Shown one piece after another: positions 38,901-50,190 of a stretch of DNA of 64,000 bases. Location of the stretch: positions 124,001-188,000 of the forward strand of contig VJWM01000118.1 of NCBI GenBank assembly GCA_010909165.1, read 5' to 3'. The stretch is from Anthoceros angustus (lineage: Eukaryota; Plantae; Anthocerotophyta). The notes under the pieces were generated by a model. That model saw only the letters and a list, made by a program, of their open reading frames with translations. It was not told where the DNA came from and did no database searches. The position numbers were made by a program, and so were the translations under genes. Positions within the stretch are counted from its first letter, which is position 1. Every line of letters begins with the position of its first letter.

Positions 38901-41796
38901 AGGTTTTAGACAAGCAAGGCGATTCTTGCATGTATATCTTAATCTCGGAAAAGAGATAATTTACCTCTTACTCTCGTCGACGTATTGTAGCTTCCTCTTC
39001 ATCCTCTCTCCTAGCCGAGATTAAAGCTTGGTTAAGAAGTCATTTTGAAATGACTGATCTTGGAGAGTCGACTTACGACTTGGTGTTAATATTATGAGAG
39101 ATAGAAGCCGTAAGACTTTAAGCGTTTTCAAACAAAATATATTAAGGAAAGCTTAATCAAATTTGGATTAGAAGACGCTAAACCACTCCCACTCCTTTTG
39201 CTAGTGGGATCGACTCACGTTGGAAATGAGTCCTAAAGCAGATGAGACAAATTCGGATGTCAGTTCCTTATCGACATGCTGTTGGCACACTTATATATTT
39301 GAGCAACTTCACTAGGCCTGACATAGCTTTTGAAGTTAGTGCTTGTTCACAATTTTTGGAGAATCACGGTCGTGAACATTGGGCATCTCAAACGTATATT
39401 TAGGTACCTTAAGGGTACAATGAATACGAGATTAGTTTATCAACATACACCAAGTATGAACAAACCAATATTAACGGCATATCGATGCCGACTATCGTGA
39501 TCCCGACACGGCGATCGATGTCGGCTATGTACTTATGCTATGCAAAGCTCCCATATCATGGTCAAGTAAGAAACAAACGACCATTGCCCTTTCAAGCACT
39601 GAGTCAGAGTATAGAGTACTAACCTCAGTTGCCAAGGATATTGTATGGAGTAGGTTAGCCTTAAGTGAGCTCAATCACACACAAGACAACCCTACACCTC
39701 TATACAGTGATAGTCAAGGAGCCATAGCATTAGCCAGAAATCCTGTTTTCCATTCTAGGACTAAACACATAGCTGTCGAATACCATTACATTAGAGAAAT
39801 GTTGGGAAATAAAACTATTGATATTAGTTATATTCAAACTCAGGATAACGCAGCTGATTTATTCACAAAGTCCCTTGGTCGGGAATTACATATTAAACAT
39901 ATGAAGACCTTAGGTATATTAGATACCAAGTCAATACCAACCTAACCAAGAAGATCAGCAGCTATCTGGGCCGATTAAGTTAACCTTATTTCTTCAAGCC
40001 CATTTCTTAACTACATATTCCATTTCCTCTTCAATTTCTAAATGGTCTTCGTAGTATTCCCCAGCATCCTTGCTAAGTGCCCAAGCAGATCCTAAACCAT
40101 AGTGCAAGAAGGGTCAAAATAATATTTCTTTATTATAACTTTTGCTTATTGAGAACACTTACTATAGATGTGCTTAGTGTGTCCTCTGAACTCCTTACAC
40201 AGTTCGGAACCTAGTCACACCATGTGGATTCCGGTAATTTGGTACACATATTCAACTGGAGGGTTAGAAGCCGCATAATCTCCAGGGCACACTATGTAAG
40301 TGGTAGTGGTCAATCCACCTTCAGGCATGCAAAAGCTTGGACTTCCTTGCAATATAGCTTGGACTCGCGGCTTAATGGGGTGGATCACAAGTCTTAGGAG
40401 ACTTGCCCTTGCATAAATTTTCTTGATGAAATCATCAATTTCGTGAATCAAGGAGTGGAACATTTCAGCACGTATGAGCATATGTGGGCATGAAAGTTGG
40501 TTCCTACCTTTGCTATTAGATTCTTCATGAAGGTTATCACTATATTTTTTGTCGATGATATCTCGATTACACCAACGTGCCGCAGAGGTGTGTTGTGATG
40601 AAGATCAATTGCTGGCATTCCAGCTGCCATTCGCGATTCAACCCATGTTTTCATATACAGAAGTTCAGAAAATTTGAGGCTTCACCATCTGCTGAGGTTC
40701 CAATTCTGTCACAGCTGTTGTTGTTTCCAATGGTATAGTCATGGCGGCCATCTTCCACAGCTACGATGCCGTCGTGCCTTCTGCTTGACCTTATGATATG
40801 TGAATTTCCAGCCACTTTAGGAAACAGATGGATATCTGCCATGATTGCATCAGTGGCAATCTGCTGCTTATTCTTCCTTGTGGTGCTGCAGCAGCCATCT
40901 GACCTGGCCGCAATGCCGTTGTGGTATGAAATTGTGGTCTGGCAATGGAAGGAATCCTCCCCAACGGGACTGGTGTTGTAGGAGGTCGGAGGATCTTTTT
41001 GCAAATTCAGCAGTTCCTTCTGGATGCGTTTCCCCGCCATGGATGTCCTGTGAGCACAGCCTAAGGGCGCCCTGTTTGGAGGGGAGAACACAAGCAGACA
41101 ATGGCCGCAATGGCCGCAACAGCAGGAAGGTATGAAGACGGTATCGCAATCAAGCCCCACACATGCGGCCACTATTTTGTTGACTAGAACTCTAGGCCTG
41201 GGCGCCCGGAAATGGTCGACAGGAAAAATCGGCTGGACGGCGCACCGGCGAGCGTGGCTCCGCCGTCGCCATAGCCGCGGGCGAAGCTTCTTGTGTGGCT
41301 CCGTGTCAGTGGACGACGGTGGGCGAACCGCCAAGCCCGTCCGTTAAGTTTTCTTTTCGGCATTTTCATTTTAAAAATATTTTCCTATTTTCTTATATAG
41401 GTTATTTCCTTTATGTTTTTAAATTAATTTTGCTTAAGGTCTAGTCTTGATTTTAGGCCTATTTTGGCTCATTTTGAAGCTAGAAAAATCCTCTATTTTG
41501 TCACCCCTAGTTCACGTGAGTGGGAGTGATGAAATATATTAGGTATAGGGCACTATTCACTAGGGCACCTTTACTTAATGATTATTATATGCCTAGGGCA
41601 CTAAGTAGTTTTCTTTAGGTGGTTATTTAGGTAGTTAGTTGTTATAACCACTTATGGTTATAACCACTTATAGTTACAACAACTTATGGTTGTAACCACC
41701 GACTCTACCTACTATATAAACACTCTTGTATTTTCTATTATGTAATGCAACTCTACAAGACTCTTTTGCAAGTGCGTTTGTGCGTGATTCTCATCA
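32989..41796 (+). mobile_element. Full-length Ty1/Copia LTR retrotransposon
   Basis: Near-identical 270-bp LTRs 32989-33258 and 41527-41796 (TGATG...CATCA), 5-bp TSD AAAAT, PBS at 33259, PPT before 41527; gag (LRNRDLWDIV), protease YLDSGATSH, LWHCRLGH, integrase LELVHTDICGP, RT KARLVARGF/MDVKTAYLHG, RNaseH ISWSSKKQ..IALSSTESEY. Confidence 0.95.
40930..41040 (-). pseudogene. Captured ubiquitin-conjugating enzyme E2 (UBC4/5 class) N-terminal fragment inside Copia
   Basis: [37 protein letters not shown] vs plant consensus [37 protein letters not shown]. Confidence 0.8.
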
Positions 41797-42150
41797 AAAA
41801 TGTGGCGAATCGAAATATGGACCAGGTTCTTAACAGCATGGCCACAAGGAATGCCTGACATCTGGGAATGCAAATGCGGTGAATGTAAAGATCTCCAGAG
41901 CCGAATCTGGGTATGCAAAATGCGGTGAATTGAAAGGCCTCCCTCGCAAAGGCTGCACAAGGCAGGAAAGAATTCCGCAGTACAGAAGCCATACAGTCCA
42001 CGTTCTTTACAGTCGGGGGTGCTCGAGATCGGCAGCTTGGTATGCCTTCTAGGCATGTAGCAAGGGACCAATACAGAGGGATGGGGAGGGGGGGGAAGAA
42101 GGGGTGCTCGCGATCGATAGCTTGGTATGCCTTCCAGGAATGTAGAGGCT
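41797..42150 (+). pseudogene. PPR gene, 3' part after the Copia insertion
   Basis: KCGESKY..QVLNSMATRN, repeated MYAKCG-like segments, IDSLVCL. Confidence 0.6.
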
Positions 42151-42364
42151 TAGATTGCCATGGGTAGCTTGTCTAATTAGGTACAAAATTCTCCATCTCC
42201 ATCACTTTAATTTATTCCAAAACAATAAAAATCAATTATGATCATGATGAAAACTATAACCTTAGTCAAGGGTTAAACTAGAAAAGGTGATTCTAGAGTT
42301 AAACAAGGAAAGGTCGATAGGTTGAAACTAGAAAAGGTCAATCTAGGATTAAATTAGGAATGGT

Positions 42365-43150
42365 CACTAGGGCACCTTTACTTAATGATTATTATATGCC
42401 TAGGGCACTAAGTAGTTTTCTTTAGGTGGTTATTTAGGTAGTTAGTTGTTATAACCACTTATGGTTATAACCACTTATAGTTACAACAACTTATGGTTGT
42501 AACCACCGACTCTACCTACTATATAAACACTCTTGTATTTTCTATTATGTAATGCAACTCTACAAGACTCTTTTGCAAGTGCGTTTGTGCGTGATTCTCA
42601 TCAAAAATGTGGCGAATCGAAATATGGACCAGGTTCTTAACAAGATGGCCACAAGGAATGCCCGACATCCGGGAATGCAAAATGCGGTGAATGTAAAGAT
42701 CTCCGAGCGAACTGGGTATGCAAAATGCGGTGAATTGAAAGGCCTCCTCGCAAAGGTCGCACAAGGCGGGAAAGAATTCCAGCATGTGGCCCACCCACGC
42801 TCTTTACACGGGGTGCTCGAGATCGTTGGTATGCCTTCTAGGCATGTAGCAAGGGACCAACATGAGGATGGGAGGGGAAGAAGGGTGCTCGCGATCGATA
42901 GCTTGGTATGCCTTCCAGGAATGTAGAGGCTTAGATTGCCATGGGTAGCTTGTCTAATTAGGTACAAAATTCTCCATCTCCATCACTTTAATTTATTCCA
43001 AAACAATAAAAATCAATTATGATCATGATGAAAACTATAACCGGTTAGTCAAGGGTTAAACTAGAAAAGGTGATTCTAGAGTTAAACAAGGAAAGGTCAG
43101 TATAGGTTGAAACTAGAAAAGGTCAATCTAGGATTAAATTAGGAATGGTC
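42365..43150 (+). repeat. Tandem re-copy of ~41558-42364 (partial LTR + PPR 3' part)
   Basis: Direct repeat restarting inside the LTR at cactagggcacc. Confidence 0.85.
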
Positions 43151-43560
43151 AGTCTAGGGTTAAACTAGGGAAGGTCAGTCTAAAGTTAAACTAGGAAGTA
43201 GCTAAATAAGTGAACCAATGGAGGATCAATCATCAATTTGAATGAGCAACAATTAAATATTCTCTTAATTGGGAGTGGTATTTTCCTTGTTAGGAAACTC
43301 TCAATTAGTAAACAGTGGAAGACCACTCGTTATATTTGAATAGGCTGCAATTAGATATGAGAGGGTGGCTTCCTAGTTGAGGATCCCTAACTCGTATATA
43401 AAGGATTGTAGGCCCTAGAAGTATAACTCACTTATTATAGTGTATGTAAGCTTCAGATAATTGATCTATAATTGATTGATTTCACGCTTTTAGTACTGCA
43501 TAGGGAAAGGAACAAAGCCTCTTAGGTTATACTACTCAAGCTTCATTACTTTTGTTGAGA

Positions 43561-44769
43561 ATGGCCAGTAACAGTAGGAACATGGAACATCATGCTTACA
43601 CATCTAGAAATTTGTGTGTTGAAAATCTCAATCCCTTGATTACAGAAGATGATCTATATCAAGTTTTTATTGCATTTGGGTTCATTGAGTCTGTGCAGAT
43701 AGAGCGCAATGTCTTGAAAGGAGATTCAAAAGGCATCGTTAATTATAGTCATGTACAAGACGCTGAATTTGCCTTACAAAGTCTAAGCTCTGTTTGTATG
43801 GAAGGAAAGCTCATGCAAATCAGTTTCTTAGCCGACGAATCAAACATAGTAAAAATTGGTGAACGAAATCTAACAAAAATTGGCGAATCAAATCTAACAA
43901 AAATTGGCAAATTAAGTGTAGCAAAAAACGGCAAACCAAATATAACAAAAAACGATGAATCAAATATAATAAAAAACGGTAAATCAAATATAACAATAAA
44001 TGTTGAATCAAATATAACAAAGAACAGTGAATCGAATATAATAATGAGTGATGAATCAAATCTAACGAAAGGTGGTGAATCGAATATAAAAATAAGCCGA
44101 GCTGCAAAGAAGATGAACCATAAGGATTTGACATTCACATCTGAGTTTTTGTGTGTGGAAAATCTTAATTTTGATATTACAGAAGGTGATATATATAAGA
44201 TATTTGTTCCGTTTGGGCCTATTAAGTCTATGCGTATAGTGCGAAATGTCTCCACAAGAGATTCGAGAGGCTTAATTAAATATTGTTATGAACAAGATGC
44301 TATATATGCTATACAAAGCCTAAACTCAGTTCGTATGGGAGAAAAGCGTATGCGAATCAATTTCGTATTGAGTGCATCAAATATAAGAAAAACTTGGGCT
44401 GCGAAGGTCATGGACAATGACTCCACATCTAGATGTTTGTGTGTGAGAAATCTTGATTTTGCTATTACAGAAGGTGAAATATATGAGGCCTTTATTCCAT
44501 TTGGGCCTATTGAGTCTATTCAAATAGTGCGCGAGGATAAGAAAACAAATGCACAAACATTCACTTCATTAATTATCGTGTACAAGGCCTAAATGTGCTT
44601 TGCAAACCCTAGACTTAGTTTGTAAGGAACAACAACAACAACAGACATTAGTTTCTCATTTGGCACATCAAATATGATAACAAAACATAAAGGTCCCATA
44701 TTAGATACAAAAAATAAAATTGGCAGGTTTGTTAAAGCCATAAAATCTTTTTTTGCGGATAAATCATAA
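43561..44769 (+). CDS. Intronless AT-rich triple-RRM protein with ESNITK repeat linker (one apparent frameshift near 44570)
   Basis: Three LCV(E/R)NL...F..FG.I.S units; the duplicate copy supplies an intact third RRM (FSFINYRRVQDAKCALQTL). Confidence 0.7.
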
Positions 44770-45056
44770 TATTTTATCCTTGCACCAAGTGGTGCATCAA
44801 GTGCATAAAAACAAGAATATGATTACTCACTTGAAAAAGTGGGATATGATTATAAAGAGTTTGCCATCGTTTTGAAAGTGATTTATAGAAAATATTCTAA
44901 TCAAAATTGTCTTAAATCCTCAATCCAACCCCTACCTCATTATGATGTATTTATAATGATATAATAATTTAATAGATTGGAAACCGGATGGAGTTGTGAC
45001 CGAGTTCATCTTTGCCAAGACATCCCGATAGTCCAAAGGGATGCCGATGGCGTTTT

Positions 45057-46400
45057 CTTGAAAGGAGATTCAAAAGGCATCGTTAATTATAGTCATGTAC
45101 AAGACGCTGAATTTGCCTTACAAAGTCTAAGCTCTGTTTGTATGGAAGGAAAGCTCATGCAAATCAGTTTCTTAGCCGACGAATCAAACATAGTAAAAAT
45201 TGGTGAACGAAATCTAACAAAATTGGCGAATCAAATCTAACAAAATTGGCAAATTATGTAGCAAAAAAGCAAACCAAATATAACAAAAACGATGAATCAA
45301 ATATAATAAAAACGGTAAATCAAATATAACAATAAATGTTGAATCAAATATAACAAAGAACAGTGAATCGAATATAATAATGAGTGATGAATCAAATCTA
45401 ACGAAAGGTGGTGAATCGAATATAAAAATAAGCCGAGCTGCAAAGAAGAAGATGAACCATAAGGATTTGACATTCACATCCGAGTTTTTGTGTGGAAAAT
45501 CTTAATTTTGATATTACAAGGTGATATATATAAGATATTTGTTAGTTTGGGCCTATTAAGTCTATGCGTATAGTAAATGTCTCCACAAGAGATTCGAGAG
45601 GCTTAATTAAATATTGTTATGAACAAGATGCTATATATATACAAAGCCTAAACTCCAGATGGGAGAAAAGCGTATGCGAATCAATTTCGTATTGAGTGCA
45701 TCAAATATAAGAAAAACTTGGGCTGCGAAGGTCATGGACAATGACTCCACATCTAGATGTTTGTGTGTGAGAAATCTTGATTTTGCTATTACAGAAGGTG
45801 AAATATATGAGGCCTTTATTCCATTTGGGCCTATTGAGTCTATTCAAATAGTGCGCGAGGATAAGAAAACAAATGCACAAACATTCAGCTTCATTAATTA
45901 TCGTCGTGTACAAGACGCTAAATGTGCTTTGCAAACCCTAGACTTAGTTTGTAAGGAACAACAACAACAGCTTCTGTACATTAGTTTCTCATTTGGCACA
46001 TCAAATATGATAACAAAACATAAAGGTCCCATATTAGATACAAAAAATAAAATTGGCAGGTTTGTTAAAGCCATAAAATCTTTTTTTGCGGATAAATCAT
46101 AATATTTTATCCTTGCACCAAGTGGTGCATCAAGTGCATAAAACAAGAATATGATTACTCACTTGAAAAGTGGGATATGATTATAAAGAGTTTGCCATCG
46201 TTTTGAAAGTGATTTATAGAAAATATTCTAATCAAAATTGTCTTAAATCCTCAATCCAACCCCTACCTCATTATGATGTATTTATAATGATATAATAATT
46301 TAATAGAATTGGAAACCGGTCAGCGTGACCGGAGTTGTGACCCGAGTTCATCTTTGCCAGCACATCCTGATAGTCCAAAGGGATGCCGATGAGCGTTTTC
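45057..46400 (+). repeat. Tandem partial duplicate of the triple-RRM gene (~43712-45056)
   Basis: Restarts at tcttgaaaggagattc; near-identical apart from 1-3 bp indels. Confidence 0.85.
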
Positions 46401-47024
46401 TTGAGCAGGCCATCGTGGGGATGTAATCAGCCCTGTCATGCCGTGTGATACTAATCTCTGCACTTGGGTTTAGTGTTTGATTAGCATTAGTTAATCTAAT
46501 TACTTATCTTTAAGTAAGTAATTAGTGTTAATTAATCTAAAGTGCTTATGTTAATTAAGCATTGATTAGTGTTAATTAATCTAATGTGCTTATGTTAATT
46601 AAGCATTGATTAGTGTTAATTAAACATGGTTAGCAATAGTGGATAAGCTCAAGTAATATGCTTTGGCATATTCCTTGCATATTATAGTGTATTCTTAGGA
46701 TACAATAGCTAAGTGGATAAGCTCAAGTAATATGCTTTGGCATATTCCTTGCATATTATAGTGTATTCTTAGGATATTTGGCATATCTTGCCAATAGGAT
46801 ATCTTAGGAATATGCCGATGCGGTCTAGTATATATACTTCCATTGAGGACAAGCTCGGATCATAGCTTGTCCTCTAGATATCTAATGCAAGGCGTTGTGA
46901 GGAGGCCAAAGCTATGACTCAGAGGCGATGTGTGAGGAATTTGCGTGTTGTTCGTGGGGAGGTGTGTTTGTGCCACGACGCGAGCTACTCCCTCCTGTTA
47001 CAAGCTATGATCCTGCACGCTGGG

Positions 47025-47345
47025 TGATGCTAGGCGATGCTGATGCTAGGCGGTGCTAGGCGATGCTAGGCGGTGCTAGGCGATGCTAGGTGACACTGGC
47101 GGCGCTAGGCGTGCTAGGCGATGCTAGGCGATGCTAGGCGATGCTAGGCCGTGCTGGGGAGGCCAGAGCTAGAAGCAAGTGGCAAGGGACTCTCAAGTGC
47201 CCAAGTCAAGGCCAAGGAGGAGGCGAAGCCCAAGTCCAAGGCCAAGGAGGCGAAGAAGCCCAAGTCCAAGGCCAAGGAGGCGAAGAAGCCCAAGTCAAGG
47301 CCAAGGAGAGGAGGCGAAGCCCAAGGCCAAGGAGAGGAATGAGGC
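47025..47345. repeat. Tandem arrays in the element leader: 10-bp (gatgctaggc) and ~27-bp (aagcccaagtccaaggccaaggaggcg)
   Basis: Directly visible, about 11 and 5 copies. Confidence 0.9.
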
Positions 47346-47497
47346 CTCCACAGGGGCTGGCCTTTTAAGGCCAACCAACCAAGGGAGAAACAAGAGTATT
47401 TTACTCTTGGGGATTCAAGGGATAAGGGGAAGCGGATAGACATGGGTATGTCATCAGTCCATTTGATTTCACTTTCTGTCCAAGTCCTAGTTTGTCA

Positions 47498-47551
47498 GCA
47501 CCCCATCCAAGTACTGATCCACCCCGGTGCTTAACTCTGGAGTTCTTATGC
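47498..47551 (-). other. 5S rRNA-derived internal control region (A box to C box)
   Basis: Reverse complement CATAAGAACTCCAGAGTTAAGCAC...AGTACTTGGATGGGGTG vs plant 5S CATCAGAACTCCGCAGTTAAGCGT...AGTACTAGGATGGGTG. Confidence 0.65.
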
Positions 47552-50190
47552 CTTTGCTATCCAACTCACCCAGCTCACATTTTTGACTAAAGTATAGCCT
47601 GCAGAGTATTTGTATGCAATTTAAACATGCATAGATACTTAGAGGTTTCACTAATCACGATCTAAGTTAGCGGGGTGTGTTAACCTTGATTAAGGGTTTG
47701 ACCTAGCCACTAACCGCCTGGAGTGCATGCCTGGACACACTCGATCCGGACGGAGCTACCAACCAGTCCAGTCCAGGCGAATTCAAGTCCCACCAAGAGG
47801 AGAAGTGCGAACACCGATTTTGGTACCACCGAAGGACGGAGGAACCCAGCGACAATCAACAATCTTTGAAGGATCAGTGGCAACACACAAGACACGTTAG
47901 TGCTGCGGACAACTCGGTGAGCGGCGGCGAGGAGGACTTGTCTCTTGGAGTCGCCAAGATGGGAGGAGACAAGGATCGAATGGAGTTGTTCACAGGACGG
48001 CGGGCACCTTGCCACCGGAGGACTTCATCGAGAAATACGGTGCGGTGTGCGGAGATGGAATTGAAGACCGGATACACGAAGCGATACGGCTTCATCCAAA
48101 TGCCAAGTACTTGGGGATGAAGCATTGGCGTGCTATCGCGAGCACAAGGCGAGGCTTGGCCGTTGGAGGACCAGTGAGTAGCAGTTCAAGCTCAAGGAAC
48201 CGTGCGACGGAGCGGTGGCCGAGTGGGCACGATCCCATCGAGAGATGTTTGACATCTTCCGGCTGGAGTTTCCTGCAAGCACGGATGAGAAGATCTCCGA
48301 GCTGACACACTTCAAGATGAAGTCAGGCGAGACTGCGAAGATGGCTTACCGAAGAATCGACCAGTTGGTACGTGACACCAAGATCATGAGTGACCGTGGC
48401 GAGAATACTTACGGGCATTGCCATATGCTGCGCATGAAGGTGCAACAAGCGGTGCACAGACGAAGGGCAACACTACACCCTCAAGGAAGTGTACGAGATG
48501 GCTGACAAGATAGGGCCCGCTGACACTTTCTCTCGTGCTGTTGCAAGTGATTACTCCAGCACAAGTAGGAGTGGTGGACGACATGACCGACGCGGAGGTC
48601 GAGTGGAGGAGCTCGGAGACAAGCCAGCCCACAGCCCAAGTGAGCCCTGCGTGAGGTGCCGAGGGACGGACCATTCCCTCATGAGTGCGAGCATGCATTC
48701 GGAGGAGTCAAGGGTGAGGAGCCATGCCCTAGGTGTGGATGCAGGCACAATGAAGCGGCATGTTGGGAGAAGCATCCGAATTGCGGCCTCACGGGTTATC
48801 GAGCAGCAACCCGGCCAATGCATCTCGTCAACCTCATCCACAAAATCGCGAGCAAAGGCGTGTGGAGGCAGGCGAAGTCCCGTGGACAAAAGAAACGGGA
48901 AGCATCAAAGAAGACGATGGACAGCTACGTGGCACGCCTCGCAAAGCTGGAGAAGTTGGTGCGGAAGGCGAAGATCAAGGAGAGCGGTTCATCATCGGAG
49001 GACGAAGAAGATGAGCACAAGCTTGGATACATGGCGGCGTGACCAGATCCAAGGGCAGGAAGAAACCGCTCTACGAGAGAAGATAGCTCGGAGGAAGAAG
49101 AGGATGTCTTGACACCAGTCACGGAAGACACGGAAGCTTGGGGATCCTCTTCCGAACCTATGCCAAGATGCCAAAGTCGTTTGAGCCATTGCCAGCGAGC
49201 AACTGTGGGAGCAACATCAAAGTCCAGTGGGCGATGTGGAGAAACCCATGCAGTTCGGGAGGCGATGGCACAAAAGCTTCGGAGATGCCATGTTTCACCT
49301 ACAAGACATGGGGTTGAGCGTGAAGGAAGTCGGGGTTTGACTCGGCGGATGTTGACAACCCTTGAAGACAAGTGTCGATTGTGCCACACAGTGGCAATGA
49401 TGTCATTCGACCTCGCCAAGCATCTCGTGGAGAAGCGGAATCTGCAGTGGGAGTGGCTTTGGTCAACAATCGGAGAGGCACATTGAAATCAATGGATTCG
49501 CACCAAGGAGGTGTTGATTGACACCGAGCACAGCCGTGATCGTTGGAAGAAGAGTGAAGGAAGCGTTGGGTCTCCACCAAGAAAGGTTGAAGGAAACCAA
49601 GTGGAAGATCCGGACCGGTGGGACCACGGAGCATGTGTTGGGGTGACAAGGTACAAGCTGAAGGTTTCATTCAAACCAAGAATGAGACTTCACCTTTGTC
49701 GAGGTACAATTGCTTGGTCATGCGAGACACTTTTGATGTCTTCTTTGGGAGCGGACGCTTTGTACAAACCTGAGTCATGGTGGATTTGTGGGAGAGATCT
49801 ACTATCGACCAGTGGAGAAATGGAGCAAAACCGATGAGATTGCCCGCATCCCTCTGCATGGCAAGGATCATGAGAACCTCATTGCCTCTACCCAGTGTTT
49901 GGCCGTGGTGAAGGACACGCCATACGTGCTTGAACCTCTTGGCGTGTGTCTAACAACCAATGACGATGGAGGATTTCGACGAGGAGGAGGAAAACAAGCT
50001 AGGGTTGCAACCACCCTCGGAGGAGGTTCTTCAAGTCACTCGGACGGAGCTGGTGGACTGATGAGCCGTGCAAAGGCTGTGGAGGATGGTGCAAGAGGAC
50101 CAGTCCTATGAGGAGAACTACTAAGTTCTTGCCTAGGGTTGAGCCTGTGACCTAAACACCAGGTCATCACATGGCGACCTCGGGAAGAAG

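Noticed and set aside
43749-44255. Antisense hydrophobic ORFs (IFDS repeats)
   Set aside because: Reverse complement of the ESNITK linker repeat.
47141-47443. SR-like or histone-H1-like ORFs (RRRSPSPRP, KAKEAKKPKS)
   Set aside because: Translations of a ~27-bp tandem repeat that is open in several frames; no domain support.
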